From Dehalococcoidia bacterium (GTDB taxonomy: Bacteria > Chloroflexota > Dehalococcoidia > UBA2979), in the NCBI GenBank assembly GCA_963667465.2, contig CAXXDN010000001.1, forward strand, positions 768,001 to 832,000: a DNA stretch of 64,000 bases, in the 5' to 3' direction. The position numbers and the translations under genes are program-made. This document shows, piece by piece, positions 39,919-48,990 of the stretch (the first letter of the stretch is position 1; each line of letters begins with the position of its first letter). The notes below the pieces were generated by a model. The model did not search any database. It was not told the origin of the DNA and saw nothing but the letters and a program-made list of their open reading frames with translations.

Positions 39919-40893
39919 GTGCCGCCGATGTCCTCCGCGAGCCTTGCCGCAGACCGCGCCGCCATCGTCGCGCTTGTCCACGCCTACCCGCGGCTGCAGG
40001 ACGCGGCGGACTTCGAGGGCATCGGGAAGCTGTTCGCGAAGGGCCGCTTCTCCTCGACGCTGGGCCGCTCCCTGGGCGGGGCCGAGCTGACGGCCGACCG
40101 CGCGCGCGGTATCCGCCTGCACGAGGACGGGACCCCGCGCACGCGCATCCTCACCAGCAACCTGCTGATCGCCATCGACGCCGCGGCCGGCACGGCCCGC
40201 ACGCGCTCCTACTACGCGCTGCTCAAGCAGCCCCCCGGCGAGCCGCTCAGCGTCGTCGGCGCCGGACGCTACTACGACGAGTTCGTGCGCGAGGACGGCG
40301 CGTGGCGCTTCGAGGAGCGCGTCAGCAACTTCGACCTTTCGGGCGACGTGGGCGGCTTCCTGCGCGCCGCACCGCGGCGGCAGCCCTCGCTGGCGCTGCG
40401 CGGCCCGCCCGCGGCCGAGCTGCGGCCGTTGCCCCCGCCTCCGGACGCGGCGGACGCGATCGAGGCGCTGATCTACACCTACGCCGAGCGGATCGACCTC
40501 GCGGACTTCGCGGGCGTCGGGGCGCTCTTCGCGCACGGGCCGTTCGTCGGCGAGACGGCGGATGGCGGGAGCTACGAGCTGCGCGGCGAGGGGCTCGCGA
40601 AGGGCCTGCGCGGTGCGGTCCGGCTCTACGAGGGCAATCCGCGCACCAAGCACGTCACCACCAACGTCGCCGTCGAGGTGGACGAGGCGGCCGGGAGCGG
40701 CCTCGCGCGCTCCTGCTTCGTCGTCCTGCAGCAGACGCCGGAACTGCCGCTGCAGCCGATCATCAGCGGTCGCTACCGCGATCGTTTCGAGCATGTCGGC
40801 GGCGCCTGGCGCTTCGCGGAGCGGCGTGTGCAGACGGACATGGAGGGCGACCTCAGCGCCCACCTCCGCGCGGGCGGCGGCACGGGCGCTTGA
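39919..40893 (+). CDS. Tandem SnoaL/NTF2-like domain protein
   Basis: Two repeats of Y...D.ADF..G.LFA, PRT.H..TN, GRY.D.F...G.WRF. Confidence 0.85.
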   Translation: MPPMSSASLAADRAAIVALVHAYPRLQDAADFEGIGKLFAKGRFSSTLGRSLGGAELTADRARGIRLHEDGTPRTRILTSNLLIAIDAAAGTARTRSYYALLKQPPGEPLSVVGAGRYYDEFVREDGAWRFEERVSNFDLSGDVGGFLRAAPRRQPSLALRGPPAAELRPLPPPPDAADAIEALIYTYAERIDLADFAGVGALFAHGPFVGETADGGSYELRGEGLAKGLRGAVRLYEGNPRTKHVTTNVAVEVDEAAGSGLARSCFVVLQQTPELPLQPIISGRYRDRFEHVGGAWRFAERRVQTDMEGDLSAHLRAGGGTGA

Positions 40894-40939
40894 CGGCCCT
40901 CGCGGCGCGCTCATACGGTCCCGCCGGGGTGTGAGGCCG

Positions 40940-41884
40940 ATGACGAAGAGCCGCGACGCGATCCGCGATCTGATGATGCGCTACGCGCGCTTCACTGATC
41001 TTGCCGACCACGACACGGTCGGCGAGATCTTCGCGCACGGCCCGTTCCGCTCGTCCCTCGGATCCTCGCACGCCGGCGCCGAGATGGCGGCGAACCGCAA
41101 GCGGCGGATCCTCACGCATGACGGTTCGCCCGGCACGCGCCACGTCCCGACCAACATCATGATCGACATCGACGAGGCTGCCGGGGCGGCACGCGCCCGC
41201 TCCTACTTCTCGCTCTTCCAGGCGACGCCGACCATGCCGCTGCGGCTGGTCGGCAGCGGCCGCTACTACGACCGCTTCGAGCGCATCGAGGGCGAGTGGT
41301 GCTTCACGGACCGCCTGAGCATGCTCGACAGTCGCGGAGACCTCTCGCAGCACATCCTCGGTTACCAGGCGAGCGAGTTGCCGTACGACGTGCCGGTGCT
41401 TGGACCTCCGCTCGAGGAGATTCCACCGATGCCGGTGCCGGACGAGCTGCACGCGGCGGTCGAGACGCTGATCTTCAGCTACGCGGAGCGGATCGACCTC
41501 GGAGACTTCGAGGGGGCCGGCGAGATCTTCGCGCACGGCGGCCGGCAGCATGGGCCGGAGGGGACGCCGCTCGGCGGTCCGGCGCTCGCCGAGGCGCTGC
41601 GCAGCAGTTTCCGCATCCACGACGGCAGCCCGCGCACGAAGCACGTCACGACCAACGTGCTGATCGAGCCGGGCGAGGAGGCGGGCACGGCAGCAGCACG
41701 TTCCTACTTCACCGTCATGCAGGCGACCCGCGGTCTGCCGCTCCAGATCATCGCTGTCGGTCGCTACCACGACGCTTTCGAGCGCGTCGACGGCGCCTGG
41801 CGCTTCCGTTCGCGGGTGATCCTGCTCGACCATCAGGGCGAGATCGAACACCATGTGCCACCGGGCTCGGCGCTGCTTCGCTAG
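40940..41884 (+). CDS. Tandem SnoaL/NTF2-like domain protein (paralog)
   Basis: Same duplicated motifs; ATG at 40940. Confidence 0.85.
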   Translation: MTKSRDAIRDLMMRYARFTDLADHDTVGEIFAHGPFRSSLGSSHAGAEMAANRKRRILTHDGSPGTRHVPTNIMIDIDEAAGAARARSYFSLFQATPTMPLRLVGSGRYYDRFERIEGEWCFTDRLSMLDSRGDLSQHILGYQASELPYDVPVLGPPLEEIPPMPVPDELHAAVETLIFSYAERIDLGDFEGAGEIFAHGGRQHGPEGTPLGGPALAEALRSSFRIHDGSPRTKHVTTNVLIEPGEEAGTAAARSYFTVMQATRGLPLQIIAVGRYHDAFERVDGAWRFRSRVILLDHQGEIEHHVPPGSALLR

Positions 41885-41919
41885 CGTCGCACGGCGGCAT
41901 GTGAACGGAGGCTGAGCGC

Positions 41920-42819
41920 GTGGATGTAGGCATCCTGCTTCCCCAGGCCGGCGATCGCGCCACCCGCGAGGTGGTGCTGCGGCACGCCCGCGCCGCCGAG
42001 GAGGCCGGCTTCGATTCGCTCTGGACCAACGACCACGTCGTCTTCCCTCGCGAGTACCGCTCGCGCTACCCGTACAGCGCGGACGGCAATCTGCCGGGGC
42101 GGGTCCACATCGACGCCTCGCTGCTGGAGCCGTTGACGGAGCTGGCCTTCGTTGCTGGCGCAACGAGCCGCGTGCAGCTCGGCGTGGCGGTGCTGGTGCT
42201 GAACATGCGGCAGGCCGTGCTGCACGCGAAGATCATGGCCACGCTCGACCACCTCGCCGGCGGGCGCTTCATCCTCGGCGCGGGGATGGGCTGGGCGAAG
42301 GAGGAGTTCGAGGTGCTCGGCATGCCCTCGGACCGCCGCGGCGCACGTTTCGAGGAGAGCCTGGAACTGACGCGCAAACTCTGGACCGAGGACTGGGTCG
42401 ACGGCTTCCACGGCGACACCTACGAGGTCGACGGCTGGACCTCGCGGCCGCACCCGCCGCGCCACGTGCCGATCTGGATCGGCGGCGACAGCCCGCAACA
42501 GATGCGCCGCATCGGCGAGCTGGCGGATGGCTGGCTGACGCACGGCAACTACCTCGACAACGCCGGGGAGGCGATGCAGCCCGCCCGCGAGGCGGCCGAG
42601 CGAGCCGGTCGCGACCCCGCTGCGCTCAAGATCGGGATGACCGGCATCGCGCTCCTCGCGAGCGATCGCCTGGAGCAGGTGCGGGAACGGCTGGGCCGAG
42701 CGCGCGAGGCGGGCGTCGACCACGCGATCGTCGGCCTGCACCCCGCCCAGTTGCTCGACGCGCCGGACCTGATGCGCCGCTTCGGTGAGGACTACCTCGC
42801 CGCGGCGAAGACCGGCTGA
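41920..42819 (+). CDS. LLM-class (putative F420-dependent) oxidoreductase
   Basis: AEEAGFDSLW.NDHVV.P, ATLDHL.GGR, GW.KEEF, PIWIGG. Confidence 0.9.
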   Translation: MDVGILLPQAGDRATREVVLRHARAAEEAGFDSLWTNDHVVFPREYRSRYPYSADGNLPGRVHIDASLLEPLTELAFVAGATSRVQLGVAVLVLNMRQAVLHAKIMATLDHLAGGRFILGAGMGWAKEEFEVLGMPSDRRGARFEESLELTRKLWTEDWVDGFHGDTYEVDGWTSRPHPPRHVPIWIGGDSPQQMRRIGELADGWLTHGNYLDNAGEAMQPAREAAERAGRDPAALKIGMTGIALLASDRLEQVRERLGRAREAGVDHAIVGLHPAQLLDAPDLMRRFGEDYLAAAKTG

Positions 42820-42844
42820 GCGCGGACGGGCGCCGGCGAGGGCG

Positions 42845-43141
42845 ATGGAGCTCGAGATCACGGCCGCGGCGGCCGAGCTGGCGCGTCGCAGGGGCGGCGA
42901 GTTCGCGCTGGACTTCATCACGCCAATCGGCTGAGGCGGCGTCCTCGCTGTGCCGGTCGACACCTACCTCAAGGGCAAGAATCTCACCCGCTACGAGAGC
43001 GTCCGGCACCACGACCTGACAGTCCACGTCGCACCGGCGCTGCTGCAGTGGGCAAGCGCCGTGCGCGTCGACGCGGAACGCGTCCTCTTCTTCTGGCGTC
43101 GCTTCACGGTCGCGGCGGACCACCGCCACCAGCCGACCTGA
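42845..43141 (+). CDS. Putative small HesB-like selenoprotein (in-frame TGA at 42932)
   Basis: ATG 42845 in frame with ORF 42950-43141 through a single TGA in PIG-U-GG; SECIS-like hairpin follows. Confidence 0.6.
42932..42971 (+). promoter_or_regulatory. Candidate bacterial SECIS element
   Basis: TGAGG/CCTCA lower stem, GTG/CAC upper stem, GGTC apical loop 20 nt after UGA. Confidence 0.5.
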
Positions 43142-43193
43142 CAGCACTCGTAGCCCCGCCGGAGGCGGGGGACGGGGGCGAGGGCGGTCGCGG

Positions 43194-44045
43194 CTACATG
43201 CGCGCGATCAGGTCGCGCGAGATGCGCTCCAGCGTGCGCCGCGAGGACGGCACGTCCGGGTCGGTGATCAGGATGTTCAGGCGCGAGACGCCAAGCTCCT
43301 CGAGACGCTGCGCCAGCTCCAGCTCGGGCGGCACGCCGGCGCTGATCTCGACGTCGTCGGGGTCGCGGCCATGTGCCTCGGCGGTGCGGCGCGCCTCGGC
43401 GATCAGCTCGTGCCAGGCGCGGCCGAAGACATGCGGGAAGAAGCCGGCGCCGTACTTTCCGGCGCGCCGCGCCGCGGGGATCGAGTGCCCGCCGATGATG
43501 AACGGCACGCCGCCCGGCTGGACCGGCTTGGGGTCGCAGGCGAGGTTGGAGAAGCGCACCAGTTCGCCCTCGTAGCTCGCCACGGGCTGCGTCCAGAGGG
43601 CGCGCATTGCCTCGATGCACTCGTCCGTGCGCTTGCCGCGGCGCTCCCAGGGCACGCCGATCGCCTCGAACTCCTCGCGCAGCCAGCCGACGCCGATGCC
43701 GAGATCGATGCGGCCCTCCGAGTAGACGTCGAGCGAGGCGAGCTGCTTGGCGAGCACCACCGGGTTGCGCTGCGGGAGGACGAGGACCGAGGTGCCCAGG
43801 CGCAGCGTCTTCGTCTTCGCGGCGACGAACGTGAGCGTGACGATCGGGTCCGGGATCGGCGCGTCCTCGTAGGGCATGCGCTCGGCGTAGGGGTAGTCCG
43901 AGTCGTGTCCCTGCGGGATCACGACGTGGTCGCTGGTCCAGAGGGTGTCGAAGCCGCAGTCCTCGGCGGCCTGGGCGAAGCCGGCGAGGAACTCGGGCGA
44001 GGTCACCGGCTGCTCGTTGAAGTCGACCGTCACTCCGAAGCGCAT
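43194..44045 (-). CDS. LLM-class F420-dependent oxidoreductase (Rv2161c-like)
   Basis: GFDTLWTSDHVVIP, VLPQRNPVVLAKQ, GVGWLREEF. Confidence 0.9.
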   Translation of the reverse strand: MRFGVTVDFNEQPVTSPEFLAGFAQAAEDCGFDTLWTSDHVVIPQGHDSDYPYAERMPYEDAPIPDPIVTLTFVAAKTKTLRLGTSVLVLPQRNPVVLAKQLASLDVYSEGRIDLGIGVGWLREEFEAIGVPWERRGKRTDECIEAMRALWTQPVASYEGELVRFSNLACDPKPVQPGGVPFIIGGHSIPAARRAGKYGAGFFPHVFGRAWHELIAEARRTAEAHGRDPDDVEISAGVPPELELAQRLEELGVSRLNILITDPDVPSSRRTLERISRDLIARM

Positions 44046-44192
44046 CTCGGCCTCCGTCTCTCGCTCAGTGTCGGGCAGTGTCCGCGTTCCGCCGCATCCT
44101 AGCGGAGCGCTCGCTTGCGCTCACGGCGTGCCCGGCGCGCGGCCTCGCGGTAGGCTTGGCGCACGGGACGGACGGCGGAAGGAGCGAGGGCG

Positions 44193-45038
44193 ATGACGGC
44201 GGGGGCAGTGCTGGACGCGAGCGATGCGACGTTCGCGACGGACGTGATCGAGCGCTCACACCAACTGCCGGTGGTGGTCGACTTCTGGGCGCCCTGGTGC
44301 GGCCCCTGCCGCGTGCTCGGCCCCACCCTCGAAACGATCGCCTACGAACGCGCGGGCGAGGTGCAGCTCGTCAAGATCAACGTCGACGAGAACCCCGGCG
44401 TCGCCACGAGCTACCAGGTGCAGGGCATCCCGGCGGTCAAGGCCTTCCGCGACGGCGAGGTGGTCAGCGAGTTCGTCGGCGCGCTGCCCGAGCCGCAGGT
44501 CCGTGGATTCTTCGACTCGCTCGTGCCGACCGCCGCCGACCAGGCCGTCGCGGCCGCCCGGCACGCGATGCAGAACGGCCAGCCTGGCGCCGCGCGGCTC
44601 CATCTGGAGCACGCGCTCGAGCAGGATCCCGACCACCGCGGCGCCTCGGCGGCGCTCGCCGCGATCCTGCTCGCCGACGGAGCGGTCGCCCGTGCGCGCG
44701 AGCTGGCCGAGCGCTTCCCCGGCGATCCCGCCGCCGCGAGCGTGCTCGCGCAGCTCGCGTTCCGCGACGAGGCCGGGGACGAGCCGCGCGAGGCTCTCGA
44801 GACGCGGCTGGAGGCGGACCCGGACGACGCCGAGGCGCACTACCGGCTCGGCTGCCTGCTGGCGGCGGCGGCCGAGTGGCGGGACGCCCTCGAACACTTG
44901 CTGGCGACGGTGCGGCTCGATCGGGGCGTCGCGGACGACGGCGGACGGCTGCGCATGCTGGACGCCTTCACGCTGCTCGGCGACGGCCACGAGCTGACGC
45001 GCGGCTACCGCCAGCGCCTCACGAACGTGATCTTCTAG
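44193..45038 (+). CDS. Thioredoxin-TPR protein (CnoX/YbbN-like)
   Basis: DFWAPWCGPC, QGIP, C-terminal TPRs, YRQRL. Confidence 0.92.
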   Translation: MTAGAVLDASDATFATDVIERSHQLPVVVDFWAPWCGPCRVLGPTLETIAYERAGEVQLVKINVDENPGVATSYQVQGIPAVKAFRDGEVVSEFVGALPEPQVRGFFDSLVPTAADQAVAAARHAMQNGQPGAARLHLEHALEQDPDHRGASAALAAILLADGAVARARELAERFPGDPAAASVLAQLAFRDEAGDEPREALETRLEADPDDAEAHYRLGCLLAAAAEWRDALEHLLATVRLDRGVADDGGRLRMLDAFTLLGDGHELTRGYRQRLTNVIF

Positions 45039-45071
45039 CGAGGCGACAGAGCACTCACAGAGACGGAAGCG

Positions 45072-46385
45072 ATGGCCGAAGCGATCGACTGGCCGGCCGT
45101 CCACGCCGAGGCGCTCGACGTCCTCCAGCGCTACCTGCGCATCGACACCTCGAACCCGCCGGGCAACGAGGCCCCGGCCGCCCGTTTCCTCGGATCGCTA
45201 CTGGAGGCGGAAGGCGTCTCTTGCGAGTACATCGAGACCGCTCCCGGACGCGAGGCGCTGGTCGCGCGGCTGCGCGGGGACGGCAGCCGCCGCCCGCTGC
45301 TGCTCGGCAACCACCTCGACGTGGTGCCGGTCGAGGAGGAGTTCTGGGATGTCCCGCCCTTCGGCGGCGTCGTGCGCGACGGCCGTATCTACGGCCGCGG
45401 CGCGATGGACATGAAGGGTGCGGGCGTGATGCAGCTCATGGCCGTGCTGCTGCTCCAGCGCCGCCGCGCGCCGCTGCGCCGCGATGTCGTCTTCCTCGCC
45501 GCGCCCGACGAGGAGATCGGCAGTACCTACGGCGTGCGCTGGCTCGTCGAGCACCGCCGCGATCTGTTCGATGCCGAGTTCGCACTCAACGAGGGCGGCG
45601 GCGGCCTCAGCGACTTCGCGGGCCGCGAGGACCGGCGCATCTTCCTCGCCAGCGTCAACGAGAAGTCTGTGGGCTGGTTGCGGCTGCGCGTCGAGGGCAC
45701 GACAGGGCACGGCAGCTTGCCGACCGGGGACAACTCGGCGCTGCGCCTGATCCGCGCGCTGCTGCGGCTCGCCGACTGGGATCGCGGCCTGCAATTCGAG
45801 CCGGGCACCGCGCGCCTCGTCGACCAGCTCTCGCGCGCCGGGCTGCTGCCGTCCCCCGATGACGCCGAGGCGTTTGAGCAGGCGCTGCGCAGCGACCCCG
45901 CCGCGCTGGCGATGTTCATCAACACGCTCAACGTCACCGTCATCGACAGCGGCTTCAAGGCGAACGTCATCCCCCCGCGCAGCGAGGCGGTGATCGACTG
46001 CCGGCTGCTGCCCGGGCAGACCCTCGAGGACTGGATCGAGCAAGTCCGCGCACGCATCGACGACCCGCTCGTCTCGGTCCGGCCGGAGCTCGACGACTTC
46101 ACCTCGACGGCCTCTTCGGACTTCGGCACGGAGCTGTTCACGGCGATCCGCGAAGTGGTCGAGGAGGCGTTCGAGGGCGCCGTGGTCGCGCCCTCGGTGG
46201 CCTCGTTCGCGACCGACAACCGCTTCCTGCGCGAGATCGGAATGCCGTCCTACGGCTTCATCCCCTGCATGTTCAGCGCGGAGGAGCGCGCCGGCTTCCA
46301 CGCGCACAACGAGTTCCTGACAGTCGAGAACCTCAACAGCGGCTGCGAGCTGATGTACGAGATCGTGCGGCGCGTCGTCTGCTGA
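45072..46385 (+). CDS. M20/M25/M40 metallopeptidase
   Basis: NPPGNE, HLDVVP, YGRGAMDMK, DEE, H..NE. Confidence 0.92.
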   Translation: MAEAIDWPAVHAEALDVLQRYLRIDTSNPPGNEAPAARFLGSLLEAEGVSCEYIETAPGREALVARLRGDGSRRPLLLGNHLDVVPVEEEFWDVPPFGGVVRDGRIYGRGAMDMKGAGVMQLMAVLLLQRRRAPLRRDVVFLAAPDEEIGSTYGVRWLVEHRRDLFDAEFALNEGGGGLSDFAGREDRRIFLASVNEKSVGWLRLRVEGTTGHGSLPTGDNSALRLIRALLRLADWDRGLQFEPGTARLVDQLSRAGLLPSPDDAEAFEQALRSDPAALAMFINTLNVTVIDSGFKANVIPPRSEAVIDCRLLPGQTLEDWIEQVRARIDDPLVSVRPELDDFTSTASSDFGTELFTAIREVVEEAFEGAVVAPSVASFATDNRFLREIGMPSYGFIPCMFSAEERAGFHAHNEFLTVENLNSGCELMYEIVRRVVC

Positions 46386-46409
46386 CGCTCGTCGAGCCCT
46401 CGCCGGCGG

Positions 46410-47486
46410 CTACAGCATCCCCAGCTGCGTGAGGGCGACGCGCGTGACAAGTTGATGCAGCTCCGCGCGGCGCTCGAGCGCCTGGTGCTGCTGCCCCATC
46501 TCCACGAGGATCGGCGTCAGGCCCTCGACGTAGTTGCCCAGCGAGAGCGAAGTGCCTCCGCGCCCCGGCCGCCAGGCCCAGCTGCTGGTGTCATCGAACG
46601 ATGGCCCGTCCGGAGAAGTCGAGAAGCCCCAGCTCCTCCGGTCCCGCGCGACCAGCTGATCGCGTTCAATCTCCACCTGTGCGTTGAAGTCCTCGGCGAT
46701 GCGCGTCGCGGCCTCGCTGTCCGTTCCGGGTCCGCCCGTGATCGTCTGGCCGATGAACGCCGTGCCGCTGTTCGACCCGCGGTCGACGTAGAACCCCCAC
46801 GACTCGTGCAGATCGAGGACGAGCGAGACGCGGTAGCGGCGCGCGACCTCGACGATCTGCGCCGCCATCCGCGACATCGGCAGCTCGGCGTCGTCCGAGC
46901 CGGGGTAGAGCCGGTTGAGGTCGCCGAGCTCGGGCAGCGTGCGTTCGCCGACGCGGGTGGCGACGATGTTGGCGCGCGGGATGACGATCAGGCTGCCGCG
47001 CACCGGCTGCCACTCGACGATCTCCTCGGTCGCGAGCCAGCTCCCCGGCTCGTTGCCGTGCACCCCGCCGAGGACGAGCACGGCCGGCCCCTCCTCGCCG
47101 CTGTGGTGGGCGACCAGCGGGTTCTCCCACTCCGTGCCTTCCAGTAGCGCGATCTCCTCGCGACCGGCGGGCCATGGCGTCGGCTCGGGAGTCGGCTCCG
47201 GGGTCGGGACGGGTGTGGGGGTCGGAGTCGGTGGTGGCGTCGAGGTAGCAGTGGGCACGAGGGTGGGCATGGGCGTGGCGGTAGGCGTCGGCGCCGCGGT
47301 CGCGGCGGGAGTGGGCGGCGGCGGGGGTGTCGCCGAGGGCGTGGGACTCGGCGACGGCGCGACGGCAACCTGCTCGGCCGTGTCGCCGCCCGCGCCGCAG
47401 GCGACCAGCAGCCCGCCGAGGCCGCTCGTCGCGGCGAGCTGGAGGAAGCGGCGGCGGCTGTGCGGCCTGGCCGGTGAGCGGGTCAT
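46410..47486 (-). CDS. Tat-exported succinylglutamate desuccinylase/aspartoacylase (M14-like) family lipoprotein
   Basis: SRRRFL Tat motif, VAC lipobox, Pro/Thr linker, GGVHGNE, DLNR.YPG, LDLHE. Confidence 0.82.
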   Translation of the reverse strand: MTRSPARPHSRRRFLQLAATSGLGGLLVACGAGGDTAEQVAVAPSPSPTPSATPPPPPTPAATAAPTPTATPMPTLVPTATSTPPPTPTPTPVPTPEPTPEPTPWPAGREEIALLEGTEWENPLVAHHSGEEGPAVLVLGGVHGNEPGSWLATEEIVEWQPVRGSLIVIPRANIVATRVGERTLPELGDLNRLYPGSDDAELPMSRMAAQIVEVARRYRVSLVLDLHESWGFYVDRGSNSGTAFIGQTITGGPGTDSEAATRIAEDFNAQVEIERDQLVARDRRSWGFSTSPDGPSFDDTSSWAWRPGRGGTSLSLGNYVEGLTPILVEMGQQHQALERRAELHQLVTRVALTQLGML

Positions 47487-47542
47487 CGCGCCAATCCTGC
47501 CTGAGGCTGTGTCACCTCACCCTAAACCGGCGGCAGCCCAGG

Positions 47543-48532
47543 CTACAGCAGCGAGCCCTGCTGCTCGGCAGCGCCGCGGGCGGAGGACGGCGAGGCCTCG
47601 ACGGGTTCGAAGCCCGCGATGGCGGCGAGACCGTGCTCCTCGAGGCGCCGTTGCAGCAGGTCTGCATTGACCGGGCCCTGGTCGTGGTTGTTGGTGTTGA
47701 CGATCAGGTGCACCGCCTCGGCCTCGCGCGCGAGCGCCTCGATGCGCGGGACCCACTCGTCCAGCTCCGCGGCGTCGTACCAGTAGTCGAAGCGCTCGGA
47801 GGAGGTGCGCGTGCGGCGCTCCCAGGTCTCCGTGTTGCGGCCGTGGAAGCGCACAAAGGCGAGCGCGTTCGTCGCGGCGGCGAACGGCGGCAGCGAGGAG
47901 TCGAAGCCCTGCGGCGCGTCGACGCAGATCAGCGAGAGATCGAGGTCGCCGAGCAACGCCAGCGTCTCCTCGCGTTGCTCGGGCTCGAGCCAGCGCCGCT
48001 GGCGGAACTCGACCGCGCCTCGGAACGGCCCGAGGCGGTCGCGCGTCTCCTCGAGCGTGGCGAAGGCGCGCGGGCCGGGCACGAACCACTTGGGGAATTG
48101 CAGCACGACCGCGCCGAGGCGCCCGGCGTCGTGGAGCGGCAGCAGCGCGTCCGTGTAGCTGGCCCAGCAGAGATCGAGGATCTCGTCCGGCGTGTCGCGA
48201 CGGTAGAAGCGCCCCTGCGCCTCGAGGTCGGGCGGAAGGACGGCACGGATCGCCTTCGGCAGTCGCGCGACGGGCGTCGGGTGCTCGGTGAACAGCGAGT
48301 ACGCCTTCACGTCGAAGGTAAAGCCCTGCGGTGTGCGCTCGATCCAGCGCGCCGCCTGCTCCGGCGTAGGAAGCCCGTAGTACGGTGCGTCGATCTCGAC
48401 GAGCGGGTAGCGCGTCGTGTAGTGGCGCAGCCGCGCCTCGGCGCTCTTCGCCTGCGGCGGGTAGAAGCGCCCACTGTCGATCAGCGGCTTGTCGGTCCAC
48501 GAGGCGGTCCCGAGGAGCAGCGGCGCGGTCAC
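47543..48532 (-). CDS. DUF72 (YecE-like) protein
   Basis: GTASW, VEID..YY, F.FDVKA, LQFP, VEFR, VRFHGRN, NNH. Confidence 0.92.
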   Translation of the reverse strand: MTAPLLLGTASWTDKPLIDSGRFYPPQAKSAEARLRHYTTRYPLVEIDAPYYGLPTPEQAARWIERTPQGFTFDVKAYSLFTEHPTPVARLPKAIRAVLPPDLEAQGRFYRRDTPDEILDLCWASYTDALLPLHDAGRLGAVVLQFPKWFVPGPRAFATLEETRDRLGPFRGAVEFRQRRWLEPEQREETLALLGDLDLSLICVDAPQGFDSSLPPFAAATNALAFVRFHGRNTETWERRTRTSSERFDYWYDAAELDEWVPRIEALAREAEAVHLIVNTNNHDQGPVNADLLQRRLEEHGLAAIAGFEPVEASPSSARGAAEQQGSLL

Positions 48533-48614
48533 GTCTCAAGCCTACACGGGTGGGGTGCCCTCATCCTGACTTCGGAGGCCCGAAGTGCGCCCCGGAGCGG
48601 CGCTGGCGCGCCGA

Positions 48615-48967
48615 CCCCCTCACCCCCGCCCTCTCCCGCAAGGGGAGAGGGGGCTGGACTCGCCCTCGTCGGTGCGTTGCCCCCTCCGGCGAGCTGCGCC
48701 CGCTCCCCCCCACCCCCGCCCTCTCCTCGCGGGGAGAGGGGGCCGGACGGTGCGCCCTCCAAAGCTCCGAGGGGGGCGTGGGGGCGCAGCCCCCACAGAG
48801 AGAAAATCCGAGGGCGGGTGGGTGGGCCAGAGCCGCGCAGCGTGCTCGTCCGGGATGGGGGTGTGGGGGGCGCAGCCCCCCGCAGCAGACACGCGCCTGG
48901 GCTTTGGAGGGTCGTCGTGTGCTCGGAGTGGCGCTCACCCCCGCCCTCTCCCGTCAGGGGAGCGGGG
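48615..48967. repeat. REP-like/BIME-type cluster (3 REP copies plus GTGGGGGCGCAGCCCCC modules)
   Basis: Copies at 48615-48653, 48705-48742, 48934-48967; modules near 48779 and 48864. Confidence 0.85.
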
Positions 48968-48990
48968 ACCGGAGGGTCGTTCGTGCAGCC

